NCBI GenBank assembly: GCA_951406725.2 | Contig: OX597829.1 | Span: 7,130,001 to 7,194,000, forward strand | From: Octopus vulgaris | Taxonomy: Eukaryota | Reading direction: 5' to 3' | Length of the DNA: 64,000 nt | Part shown: one piece after another, positions 13,970 through 28,326 of the stretch | Layout of the letters: each line of letters opens with the position of its first letter | How positions within the stretch are numbered: the stretch's first letter is position 1 | Position numbers and translations under genes: made by a program | Notes under the pieces: model-generated | What the model was told of the DNA's origin: nothing | The model's database searches: none | What the model saw: only the letters and a program-made list of their open reading frames with translations

Positions 13970-14089
13970 GTAAAAATATTTTAATCTTCGGATTCTTTTT
14001 AATATGCTGGGCCACTGGTTTTAATTGACTAATATCAATTTCTACCCTTATTAAATTTTATTAAATTTTATTAAATACATATATATATT

Positions 14090-15262
<1,173 letters not shown>

Positions 15263-15411
15263 TTAGATACATATATGCACATATAACCTTATACATATAT
15301 ACATATACACACAATCATATAGACTCTTGCACATACTCACAAATATACGTATAATCTTAAAGTATACACACATTATCGCTCATCCATCTCTACATACATA
15401 TATACATATAA

Positions 15412-15459
<48 letters not shown>

Positions 15460-15465
<6 letters not shown>

Positions 15466-16274
15466 GAATAAATGTTTTTATATATAAAGAACGTGAAATA
15501 CAGGAAGGGACGAACACGGAACACAGACAAATCATTCGAAGCCTTCAATCTTCAGTCAGACACCGAATCATCATAGCAAATTTCGGCTGTTCAATTCTGA
15601 TATTTGCTCCAACTCGGCCAGCCCCAAGAAAAAAAACTAAGCTGTAAGCATTAGATTTCTTGGTAGAAGACAGGAATGTGAACGCACGAGACGGATGTAA
15701 ATACAAGAGACGAAAACGAAATTGAAAACAGTAAGGGATAAACAAAATATAACGGTGGTTGTCATACGACTTTAGACCAAATGAGACAAAAACAACAACA
15801 ACATAGCAGCTGGCGTAGAAATAATTACCTTTTCGGTAGAGGGGACACATGTTGGTCGAGATACGATCGCCAACAGAATGGTTAAGAAGCAGCAGGTTGC
15901 AGGAGAGAGAGAGAAAGAGAGACAGAGAGAGAGGGAATCAAAGAGGGTGGAAGGCAGGGGACAGAATCAGTGACCAAGAGAAAAGGAGAAAGAAGGGATT
16001 AAGGAGGATGGGAGGAAGAGGGGGAAGAATCGGAGGGCGCCAAAATAGTTTGGTAAAGAAGCAATGGCGGGTAGGAAAGACAAAGTATATAGAAGTCGTG
16101 CAGGGTTTGAAATTGGACAAACAAACGGGGGGGGGGTGCACGTAACGCCGCAATAATATAAGAATAAATGTTTTTATATATAAAGAACGTGAAATACAGG
16201 AAGGGACGAACACGGAACACAGACAAATCATTCGAAGCCTTCAATCTTCAGTCAGACACCGAATCATCATAGCA
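15460..16274. mobile_element. Non-coding element with ~119-bp identical terminal direct repeats (period 696 bp) inside (TA)n
   Basis: 15460-15578 = 16156-16274. Confidence 0.8.
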
Positions 16275-16356
16275 TATATATATATACATATATCCATATT
16301 TATATTTATTTATACATACACTCATACATGTACATATATGTTATCTTACCGTTTTA

Positions 16357-16416
<60 letters not shown>

Positions 16417-16789
16417 TATATACACATATATGACACTCTTTTCAAGGACAACGGTTAAAATTCAAGCTTGCTTTATTTTATTCTATTTATTCTTTTTTTA
16501 CATGCATACGTATATAATACATATATATATTTACACATACTCATATGTACATGCATGTACATACTTATATACTAACATACAAAACACACAACACATACAC
16601 ACAACACATACACACACGTATACACACATATAAATCTACACATACGTACATACGTATCAAACAATGTACACTCGTACGGTTATATATAACTGCATATATG
16701 TATTTTAGTACCATGCATTTCAACATGTATGCATGGATTACTACATGTAAATGAGAGAGAGAGAGAGGGAGAGAGGTGGCTATAGAACG

Positions 16790-18440
16790 GTACTTCACTT
16801 CTTTTTTTTTCCTAAAATTTTCGTTGCTTCTTGCAGCCTCTTCAATAGTTTTGACTCTGTCCGTTATTTACACTGCGCTCCCTAACAGCAGACCTTGTTA
16901 GAATAATGAACAATGTGTCCCCACTATGCGAACCCTATGAAATGAAGAAACATATACAAAACTTCATACACCGCATGCAGTTCTCTGGATATGATCGGAA
17001 AGATAGGGTTCGAGTATACAGGGGGTGCTAGACAGAAATTAGATAACATTATACGCAATGATACCAGTGGTACCTGCCCTAGATATTGAAACAAAGAACA
17101 GAATAGAATACAAAGAATGTGTGACAAAGCAAACAGGGCGAACACGTGGTATAAAACCAACAAATATCAAGGAGTGATGCTTGTAGAGGCTACAGTCCAT
17201 GGAGAGCTAGACCGTAGATTTAGAAAAAGCTCTGAAGGAGACCAAACTCAACATTAAAATGTTTGAAATGCCAGGGAACTCCATCAGATCATAACTATGT
17301 AGGACGTACCCCTTTAAGAATACCATATGCGCCAATGATAACTGCATGGTATGTAGGATTAACCCTGGCATTAACTGTAGAACAGCATAAGATGCATAGA
17401 AGGTGCTTGTAAAGACATGAACATGACGTACATAGGGGAGACATCTAGAAGCATGGTGGAACAAATAAATGAACATCTAAGACAATATGACGGCACAAAA
17501 CAGTCCTCCATACTCTACCAACATGCCAGAGACCACCATGGAGGTAACTTGGGTCAACTTGACATCCGCATCTTATCCAAACACCCAAAAGACCCAACAC
17601 TCAGACAAATACGGGAGTACGTCATTATAAATGAAACCTCCCCAATACTAAATAGGAAATATACATAGTAAATACCATACCTCCATACCCACAGTTTACA
17701 CAGGTAGAGTCGAATAGTTTGCGGGCTGTTAGGTAGATAAATGTATGCGTGTGTGTGGGTGGGTGTATGTGTGTATGCACCATACAGTTATGAAAATAAA
17801 CAGATCAACATACAGACGGATAGGTACCCAGGTTACAAGAACAGACACATATGGAGACATGGAGACACACATATAGAGATGCACATCCATACATGCAAAC
17901 ATGGTACATAGTTGCATAACACACACACACAGACATGCACACACAAGGAGACAGAGGTGCATATATATACAAACACATGCTCACACACACATACATAGAA
18001 AATACACAAACACGGACATGCAAGCACATAAATATACAGGATATGTACATACAGATGCACACACATACATACATATATACATATGCATACACACACATAT
18101 ATACATACACATGCAAACGCACATATACATACATACGTACATGTATGCATGTATAAGCACACACACGCACACACACTGACCCACACGCATGTGCACAAAC
18201 AAACAAAAGGGAACGAAGTGTAAATAAGGGACAGAGTCAAGACTATTGAAAAGGTTGCAAGACGCAACGAAAATTTTAGGAAAATAAAAATAAGAAATAA
18301 GTGGAAATTTTACCGGTGAGTGTGTTAAATAATAAGGCACTAAAAGAGAATGACTCTCTCCAGACACAACAGAATAACAGAATAATATGCTTCAACACAC
18401 GAACTCACATAAAGAATCTTGCAAACCAAATCCCAAAACG
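16790..18440 (+). mobile_element. 5'-truncated Penelope-like element: inverted pLTR piece + GIY-YIG region + pLTR
   Basis: ORF 17417-17668 YIGETSRS..EH..H (GIY-YIG); Cys-rich linker CANDNCMVC; 16810-16873 is an inverted copy of 18218-18284. Confidence 0.85.
18243..18279 (+). ncRNA. Minimal hammerhead motif (U3:A8) in Penelope pLTR; inverted copy 16812-16848 has U3:G8
   Basis: CTA-TTGAAAA-G-GTTGC-AAGAC-GCAAC-GAAA-AT-TT-TAG. Confidence 0.6.
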
Positions 18441-18442
18441 AA

Positions 18443-18495
<53 letters not shown>

Positions 18496-19696
18496 CTTTC
18501 ATCAGTTAATGCAGCTGCTGGATGAGTGAGGCCGAATTTCTCTGTTAATTCTTCTGTAATACGCTGTCCTAATATATTCTAATAGAAATGTGCTCTCATT
18601 ATTAGCCAATGATTTTTCATCACATAGAATCCTTTATCTCTTTCGTGGACGAGAAATTAAAACTCGTCGAACAAATGATTTGACTGTAGATATTTTATAT
18701 CCCTCTACCAACTTGAATGTATATATTACTGCCTGTTGCTCCTGCTGAAACTGTAAAGGTCGTGGAAGACAGACTAACTTTCTCCAAACTGAAATAGGGT
18801 TTTAATAAAAAGATTTGGATAAGGATTATTAAATTTGAAGTCATGTCTGCTGTGTGTGCGTGTATAAGTGTGTGTTCGTGAATATTATATTAGTTATAGT
18901 GTTATTGATAGAGTTATGTTCAAGTATTGTTATAGCAGAAGCTATTTACGAGTGTGAAACCTGGGCAAATCTTTCTGGAACAGAGTGAGAAACAAAAGAG
19001 TTAGGAAAACGGAAAGCATATGATGCTTGTAGGACATGGCGGATAAGCGGCGAATGCGATTTACTGACTTGGGTTACTGCAGGAGGGACACGCTACCATG
19101 GTGTAGATGCCGGATTGAGGAAAGAGACCTAGGAGAAGTATAAGGAAGATGTGACGCAGTCCGTTCCGAGAATATGATAGTGATGGGGGGTTGGCATGAG
19201 TGGAGCCAAAAAAGGGAGGTGACCAAGCAGGATGATTAGAGAAGACTTGATGCCCGTTGTGTTGATAGTACTTGAGGTTCTAATAGCTGAAAGATGTGTG
19301 TAAGTGTGCATATGTATGCATGTATGTATGTGTGCGTGCGTGCATGCAAATATGTATGTATGTATGTATTATGCACGCCTGCATATATGTATATTATATT
19401 TGTATATATGTATGTATAATCAATATGTGTGTGTGTGTGTGTATGGATATGTGTGTGCGTAATATGTATACAGTTTACGTTATGTGTAGTGACATATCAA
19501 AACCAATATTTTTTTTTATCTTTCAGTTTCGCCGAAATCCGACATTTTCGAAAAAAAACAGAATAGTTTTCTTGTCGATGTTGTTAATGATGATTACGAT
19601 GGTTATGTTGCTACTTCTTACATTTTTAAAATTTTATTTCTAATAACAGGAATTAAAAATGTATTTAATTTATTAATTAAATTCCAGGTTTGATTA

Positions 19697-20530
19697 AATG
19701 CCAACATTAAATGGCATCCATTAGTTCTCCTTTCCAAACTATAAAGTATTCCTTTTTAGAAAGGTCTCACATTAAGCACTGTAATCAGCATCGTCATTCT
19801 TTAGATAATGATTTCTTTTAGATGGGCAAAAGACCAAATTTTGAAAGACAAATCTGTAATGGGTTGCATTAACCTCACTATTATGTTATTAGTACCGAAT
19901 TCCTTGTCCCCACAAGAATGAAATTTAAGTTAGACACCGATATCCTGTTAGTTCTACCATACACGAACGAAAATAAATATTTTAATACATGATTGTTTCA
20001 ATAATATCAAATAATGATTCCTCGTTATGACAACTGATGCAATTTGTAATTTTCGTTGGGATGCATAATCGATTTGTTCAATTCAATATACTTTTAATTG
20101 TTTTTCATCAATCCTGAAACGATAAAAATCAAAATATGTAGCAGCGATTAATTAATTTGGAAGGTGGGAGAAAAGGAAATCCTGTTCTGAGTTCCTCTTT
20201 CTTAATACAAAGAAAATAAACGGAAACAACCAATGTTTTCTCAACTTAGAAACACAGTCACAAATTTGAGGTTAGGACTCCAACCAATTTGCCGGTCAAT
20301 ATTTGATTGTCAATTATCGATCATAAATGTATGGAATCACTGTCGAACACTGCATGATATGAACTCATGACTTAAGTGAATATAAGTATACAGTATTCTG
20401 CCCATCTAAAAGAAATCATTATCTAAAGAATGACGATGCTGATTACAGTGCTTAATGTGAGACCTTTCTAAAAAGGAATACTTTATAGTTTGGAAAGGAG
20501 AACTAATGGATGCCATTTAATGTTGGCATT
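19697..20530. repeat. Apparently perfect ~132-bp inverted repeat with ~570-bp spacer
   Basis: 19697-19828 is the reverse complement of 20399-20530. Confidence 0.93.
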
Positions 20531-20639
20531 CTGTAACAATGAGTTACAAGAAACATTAAGGATAAATTTATTTAGTGTTGTAAATAATCTATATATCATT
20601 ATTTATTATTTATAATTTGTTTATAATTGAAGAAGTTTG

Positions 20640-21805
20640 CGAATTCCTTAGCCAGCCCCTGGAGGGCAAGGAAATTTTGTTCCTTCCCACTTATTGTGGG
20701 AAGAAGGGCTTAGGTCTGCGTTTTGCCATCCGGAATTGAGCCCGAGTGGATAGAGGATACCATCCGCCGGGGTCTGGGTGGCAGCAGTACCAAGCTCCTA
20801 AACGTGAGCATTTTGCCTGCGGCTGATTGGGAGGGGTCAAAAGCTGTTTTGACCCTATGGACCGAAGCCGAAAGTCTGATATTTCCAGACTTTTTAAGAA
20901 TGGCCGGGTCTAGGTATCCGGTGATGCTTGAGGGAGCCCCCTCCCCTCCAGTGTCACCTGTGCCTGGTTCCAGGTCATATCAAAAAGAACTGCCCTAATG
21001 ACCAAAATAAGGTCCTGGGGCAGTTGATAAAGATACCGCTCCCTGCTCCCTCATTGAAGGAAGAAAAGGAGGAAGTCGAGGAGGTGGAAACCTCCTCGAA
21101 AAAAGCAGAAAGAACGAAAGGTAGGCAACAATGGTTGCTCACCGAAGGATCCGAAGGCTGTGGAAGGAAGGCCGGATCTGCTGGACAAAGTGGAGGAACA
21201 CCACACTTCCGTGGCTCAAGGAAAAAAAAGAAAAACGGGACATTGCCGGCGGTTTGTGATACAATGCCGGCGTGTCCCGAAGTACCTTCGGCGGCAGTTG
21301 TACCACCGAAGGTGGAAACTGTAGTTCCCCCCCCCATGCTGTGGAGGAGGAGTTTGTGGTCTTCTTCCATAAGGGAGGGACAATAGAAAACTTCATTAAG
21401 AAATTTAAAAGAAAGGTCCGAAGCGTGGGGATTCTGTCCAGCACGGAGGACCCTGACTGACCTTCGCAGGTGATTGCGGAGGTCGTATGGGAAACGGAAC
21501 TGTGCAGGATAATGAACTCCTTCCCAGCGGACACTTTTAATTTTGTATTAAAGCGGCCTGACTTGATACACCGTCTAGGTGTTTGAACAAGGCGAGAAGT
21601 CTAGTCGGGCAGGAAGATTTGTAATTAATTAAAGAGGCTTGGTGCCTCATTTGTATTGTTTTATTGATTTTATAATTGACTTGTGTAAGAGGTTTACTGC
21701 CTCACAATGACTTTCTTGTTGTAAATGTAAGAGGTCTATTGCCTTATTGATGTTTCACTTTGAACTGTGTAAGAGGTTTTTGCCTCAAATAGGGTTCTTA
21801 TAAAC
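20640..21805 (+). mobile_element. gag/ORF1-like retroelement relic (L1/Tx1-like) with CCHC zinc knuckle
   Basis: CHLCLVPGHIKKNC = CX2CX4HX4C in ORF 20928-21386; GC-rich block; frameshifts; 3' tandem gtaagaggttt..gcctca repeats; no RT seen. Confidence 0.7.
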
Positions 21806-21954
21806 AACAATGTGCTCGAGTAAACAGCAATCGGCGGGTGTTGCTGCTACCCTTATTATTATCATATCGTCTATCATTTCATCTCATTTTGTCCTTGTCC
21901 AGCCCGCAGCTTCCTTTCTGTGTAAGGCCTTCATGGCCAATCTAATGAATAAAA

Positions 21955-22093
21955 GAAGCTTGCTTCCCAAACACATGGTTCGCGGTTCAGTCCCACTGCG
22001 TGGCACCTTGAGCAAGTGTCTTCTACTATAACCTCAGGCCGACTAAAGACGTGTGGGTGGATTTGGTAGACGGAAACTGAAAGAAGCCTGTCG

Positions 22094-22125
<32 letters not shown>

Positions 22126-22353
22126 TATATGGGTATATATTTGTGTGTGTCTGTGTTTGTACCCCACCATCGCTTGACAGCCGATGTTGGTGTGTTTGCG
22201 TCTCCATAACTTAACGGTTCCGTAAAAGTGACCGATAGAATAAGTACTAGCCTTACAAGGAATAGGCCAGGGGTCCGTTTGTTCGACCAAAGGCAGTGCT
22301 CCAGCATGGTCGCAATCAAATGACTTAAAGAAGTAAATGGATAAAAGAATAAA
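21955..22353 (+). mobile_element. SINE family B
   Basis: B box ggttcagtccc, internal (TA)/(TG) tract, 3' body matching 44877-45271. Confidence 0.9.
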
Positions 22354-24149
22354 ACAGTGAGTTGATTCTTCTGCAGTTTATGACCGTCTTATCTTTTCAG
22401 GAGAATTCCAGTATATATCATTCAATGCATAATTACCATTTCTAAGACATTTGGATGTCACTTTCAGAAGAATGTTGCTTGCTATTTCTAGCAGGTCAAC
22501 TGACTATGCAGAAACTTCGTGAAGAATTTTTGTTGTATCTCTTATTGGACAGAATGCAGCGGACCGTCAGGATATGAACAGTTGTTTTCTCGGTCGTTCA
22601 TCCAGTATTCTGTCTGATCGACCACATGTAGCGTACTTTTGCTTTTGCTGCCTAGAATTATCAACAATCAAAATAATGATGATAATAAAAATTCTATCAT
22701 CGTCTTTTCCAAAAGTATTTCTAACGTAAGTGATGCGAAATGGGGAATCAGTTTCTGAACCGACACAAAGAGACCAGCTCTTTCATACTTTATACTCTGT
22801 TGCACCCATTGAAATAAACTGCTTTCCCTTCATCAAACTTTCATTAGCATTATCATCTAGAAGCTAAGAAAGAGTCACGATATTGATTAACTTCAGCTCA
22901 GCCCCGATAAAATACCCTTGACGAAACACACGAGCATCGCACACAATGAACGCAATCTCATTTACTTCTGTATAAATGTGTGTTTGTGTCAAACGGATAA
23001 ATCATTGTTAAATCTTCGATAACGAACCAGTGAAATGCTAGAATCGGTTGAGGGTCGGACAAAATAAAAGCTTTACAGCATTTACTTTAATCCTTTATGA
23101 TTTATTTTCAAAACTCACCAGAGATTATCTACGTTCTTCCAAAATCCAAAAATAAATATGTCATGTGATAGAGTTTATCTTTGCCATTTTTTATTTGTTT
23201 GTTTTTTGACAACAGTAATACAAACGAACCAGCCAAAGAACCTCTATATTGGTGATTTGACCCACTAGATAATGCAGTGAAATCTACCTATTAGTGAAAT
23301 CTATCTATATAATGCCATCTTAAGGACACAAAGACAAATTAATTGAGAATATACAAAAACGGCGGCATGGCCGCAAGTTAATCTATCTTTACCAGGAATA
23401 AGGTTGACTGAGAGTGACCTCAAGTCATTGACAAACAAGAATAATTTTGATTTTTATGGAACTTTTTTGCGTTCATTACGGGTGCATCCAAAACATTATT
23501 AATACATAGTTTTACCACAATTTTGTGGTTTTGGGTTAATGCCAAAACTTATAATTATGTATTAGATATTACAAATCCAAAACGTCAAATAGATAGGTGA
23601 CAATGACAAAAATTGAAGAGTATAAAAGAAAGCTTCAAGTGGGCCTTTAAAAATTCTCACAATTCTCTGGTGGAATTTCAATCAGAAATTAAATGTAAAA
23701 AATGTATTTGTTTTGCAATATTCCTGATGTGAAATCTATAACAATTTATTGTTATACTCGGGGGGGAGGGTCATATTTTGCCAATTAAACACACGTACTA
23801 TATGTTTGGTCTTTCATCTTTATTTTTTCTTTGGTCACGCATCATTTGCATAGTCTCATGTCTCCTCTTCTTTTGTTTAGTCCATTTTGTCTTTCTGTAG
23901 TATGTATGCATATTTGCGCATGCGTTTCGTTTGTATATGTATGTGTATGTGTGCGTGTGTGTGCGAGTGTGTGTGCGCGTCTGTGTTTAGTATGTGTTTT
24001 GTGTGCGTGTATATGAGTTTACTTACAGCACTCTTTGTGTCCGTGCCTTTTATTTATTTAGTTTATTTGTCTTCTTATGTACTTATTTGATGTTTTTCTT
24101 CCTCATTCCTTTATTGTTTTAAGGATTATATTGTTTGTATCTGAGTCAT

Positions 24150-25330
24150 TTTTCTTCTCCTATTCTGTTTTCAGTCTTCAGGTTGCGTAGTTTGATGGAA
24201 TAGAAGGCTATTATTCCATACATGTATTCTGTTGAAGCTCATTTACTTCATTCTCTACGATTGCCTAATACTTAGCCCTGATTCCTTTGTGTACTCAGTG
24301 CCCAGAGAAATCTGTGCAGTGGATGAAGTGTTGTATATATATATATATATCTAATTCTTTTGGGTCGCACATGAGGGACACATTTCTCATTACGCTTACC
24401 AAGTCCATTATTAGGAGCAATGTTATAGCTGCGTTGTTTTGGACCATGGATCCATAAAGGACCATGGGTTTAGCATAGTTGGAATGAAAGCTCTAGACAT
24501 TATTATTCCTAGCTTCCACCCAAACTTGGAAGCTCTCCATGGTGCTTCCTTCTCATTCATAGACGTTGCCATCTGGGAATATTTTTGTCACTATGTTGAT
24601 ATCATCCACATAGCAGGAGTACATAGCTAGGGTTATGGAGCTCTCTGCTAATCGTTCTTTGAGTCCCCTATCCTACTATACCATAAATAGGCTACTAACA
24701 CCGATGGCTGCACCACCTTGGACGTATCTCTTGAACATGTGACTCTTCAGTGTGACTTTGGTACTCACAGCTACTGCATATGCGACCATTTTTCTAACCT
24801 GACTGTAGTTTTCGGGTATCCGTATGGCTCTGGTCCACCCGTTCCCTCCTTCTCTAGGGCTCTTCTTGGTCATTGAGGTTACAGTAGGGGTCTCCCTAAT
24901 ATTGATCTACTGGGACAGAAACAGCTAAGGTGGTGCATGTATAAGTACTCTTTCCAGTTCCTCTGTGTGAACGCCACGTAACTCTATGCCATTCTCGTTG
25001 ATCAACTCCACGCATTTCCCCTGAACATCAACGTCGATGGATGAGTATCGGGACACTACATCCATACTGCCTACTACTCATCCTGTCATGTCACAAGCGT
25101 GTTTGCATTCGTTGTTTCTGATGAGGAGGTTATCTGTGCTGTCATACTCATCCGGGTGCATACTGATCACAGAGCGTATAACCATACACAGGATATTGGC
25201 GTCGTCGAACGCTCTTGTTGATGGACCTGCCACCTGATCAGTGATCGCTCTATGATCCTTGCGGGTCCCATAGAGCACTTGGTTGTCGTTATTTGAGATT
25301 AAAGTCATTGGCTTTGCGCTTCTTTGCTCC
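24150..25330 (-). pseudogene. Penelope-like reverse transcriptase relic
   Basis: Minus strand: DVVSRYSSIDVD (~25065), QGGAAIGVS (ORF 24676-24873), YVDDIN (24595-24612), in the correct RT order. Confidence 0.75.
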
Positions 25331-25696
25331 TAGAATATTTGGCATTCAGGATCCTTTCTTTCTCCTTATGTGCTTGTAGTGTTGTTTCTTTCATGTTGAT
25401 CGGTATTATTTAATTTGTACGTAGATTTTTGTACATGGTGTTTGGGGCCGGAGATGATCTGGTGTTGATGGATTGTAATGTATCAAGCATATTTACATGT
25501 TGTGCTGTATTAGAGGTGGACATGATATCGAGTTAAAATACATCATTTCGTTTTGAAATTAGTAATAAATTTCACTGAGTGTTACTTACTCGGATATAGT
25601 CCAATCCTTTGTCAGTTATTATTTGGCTCCATGCGATGTCTTTGTTTTCGATGTTCGTGGATTGATTTCGGAGCACTGTTTTATCGCTCTCACATG

Positions 25697-25766
25697 TTAA
25701 ACGTCCCCGGTGTTCTTATTCCCGTTAACCGTCCCCGGTGTTCTTATTCCCGTTAACCGTCCCCAG
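25697..25766. repeat. 28-bp minisatellite, ~2.5 copies
   Basis: gttaaccgtccccggtgttcttattccc repeated. Confidence 0.85.
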
Positions 25767-25768
25767 TG

Positions 25769-25769
<1 letters not shown>

Positions 25770-25849
<80 letters not shown>

Positions 25850-25852
25850 CAT

Positions 25853-25890
<38 letters not shown>

Positions 25891-25953
25891 TTATTATTAC
25901 CTAGATCACCATCATCATCATCTTTTTTATTATTATTATTATTGTTATTATTA

Positions 25954-25985
<32 letters not shown>

Positions 25986-26538
25986 GAGTGAGAGAGCAGT
26001 TCATGCCATCAAAGTGACACTGGGGTAAAATATACGAAGCCCAATATACCCATCATGACTACCCGTCTGATAAAGGTACACCAGGCACATGCATCACAAC
26101 CATATGTGCGCGACATGGTGTTCTCATATCAAGATAAACAGCACATGACCTTGCAGGTGGGGCCCAGTTAGAATTTTCTTCAGATCGAGTAACCCATCCC
26201 GCTCAAAAGGTCCCTGAATAAGGGTTGTTTAAGGACGTTGAACGAAATACCCATGTTTCCAGAGGTGAATTATTCAAACCCCAAAGAATCCTTCTCAACA
26301 CATGGCTATGATGCTCCCCCACTACTTCTACTCGTGATCAGAGATGCACATATGGTCAGCCACTAAGGGACATGCTCAACTGGTTAAGGTCAAACAACTG
26401 ACAAGCAAATCTGTGGTATTGAGCAGAATATTTGCTGTAGCCCATCTTTTATACCAAGACAAAACAATGTACATGATAACACTTCCAATCAGTTAAGATC
26501 AGAAGCCATGAGAGCCACTGCCTGGTAATGCATCAGGG

Positions 26539-26605
<67 letters not shown>

Positions 26606-26615
26606 GTTATTATTA

Positions 26616-26692
<77 letters not shown>

Positions 26693-26702
26693 GTTATTAT
26701 TA

Positions 26703-26775
<73 letters not shown>

Positions 26776-26780
26776 TACTA
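25770..26780. repeat. (TTA)n tracts flanking an inserted element
   Basis: Tandem trinucleotide at 25770-25985 and 26541-26780. Confidence 0.95.
25986..26540 (-). mobile_element. Non-autonomous ~555-bp (TAA)n-inserted element (family D), copy 1
   Basis: Second copy at 61431-61998 with the same termini and the same orientation relative to (TAA)n. Confidence 0.85.
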
Positions 26781-26790
26781 TTTTTTTTTT

Positions 26791-28326
26791 AATTGTCTTT
26801 GCTCAGCTTCTAACGCTGGATATGTACTACAGTGTTAGCTGTTCCCTACCAGTGAACTAAGGTAACACCTGTTATTTTCCGAGTATCTTCCGGAGTATTC
26901 GATCGGTCCCAAGCAGTACTGTTTTCTGTAAGTGCTCCACCCTTATTGCAGCCCCTATTTGTTCCACGTACTTCTCGAGATTTTTGCTCAATGTTCCCAG
27001 GGCTCCGACAATTATTGGTATCACTACCACCTCCTGTTTCATCGACCACAACTGCTGAATTTCCCAAGCTAACCTGTCATATCTATCGACCTTTCTTTCT
27101 TCCTTATCGCATACCTTGTTGTCAGCTGGGTATGCTATATCTATGATCCAGCATAGTTTGTTTTGTTTCTCAATTAAGACTATGTCTGGCTTCCTATTCT
27201 CTATCTCATGGTCGCACTGAATCATAAAATCCCATAGGATCTTTGCATTTCTATTTTCGTCGATGTTTTCAGGTCTGTGGTCGTACCGATTTTTGCTCCG
27301 TCAAGTCCATACTTGTTGCAAAGTGTCCAATGGACAATCCTGGCTATATTGTCGAGGCGACTCCTATATTCTTTCTCGGCTAGTGGCGTACATTGGCTGG
27401 TAATATGCCATACGGTTTCACCGTTTTGTTCAGATTCTGTACTTATATCTTTCTGATATTTTGTCTTTTCTGCATTTAATGTAGTTTGTTCTTAGTGCTT
27501 GTTCTTGGGCAGCACAGATTAGAGCCTCCGTTTCCGGTTTTAAATCACTTTTAGTCATCCACAGTCATATTTTTTCTCTGTCTGTCTTATCTTCGACATC
27601 CCTATGAAATTGTCCATGCATTCTTTTCTTTATCCACCTATTTTTAGTTTCATTCGTTTTCAATTTCTTGTATATTGCTTTATCCTTGCAATATTTCATC
27701 CTACACAAGCCTGAACTTCTAGTAATAGCAGTTCTGTGGCAATTTTACATAACATGCTATGTTGTTTTCTTCTGCACTAATGCTGTGTTCACATTCTCTT
27801 CACCCTCTTCTTCTTGGTACATACAGCCTGTCTGTGTCACTTTATGGATGGTATGTTCCATATCTAATTAGCAACTTCCTTGTCTTTCTGTCTAAACTTC
27901 AACATCCCTAGGAAATTATCCATGCATTCTTTTCTTTATCCACATATTTTCAGGTTCATTCATTCTCAAGAGTTTCTACAGTGCTTTATCTTTGCAATCT
28001 TCCAGCTTACAAAAACCTGACCTTCCAATAATAGCGGTTCTGAGGTATTTTTTTTTACATACTATGCTATTTTGTTTTCTTCTGCTCGAATGCTGTGTTC
28101 GCATCCAATGAGTCCACTTCCCTCTTTTTCTTGGTTCATAAAGTCTATCTGTGCCACCTTTTGGATGGAGTATTCCATATCTAGTTAGCAACTTCCTTGT
28201 CTTTCTGTCTAACCTGCTTAGTTCGTCTTCTGTCCATGCGATTGCCCCTGCTCCATATCTAAGGAGTGAAACCGCCCAGGTTATGATAGCTTCAATGTTA
28301 TTATTTAATTTCGACTTTTTGACTTT
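26791..28326 (-). mobile_element. 3' part of R4/Dong-type non-LTR retrotransposon with restriction-like endonuclease
   Basis: KPDIVLIEK..IIDIAYP..K..Y..LAWEI..PIIVGALG (PD-D..K RLE); ETEALICAAQEQALRT; GETVWHITSQC zinc-knuckle region; bounded by (TAA)n. Confidence 0.9.

Noticed and set aside
25697-25766. 28-bp repeat of CRISPR-like length
   Set aside because: Head-to-tail with no spacers, only ~2.5 copies, eukaryotic context, no cas genes
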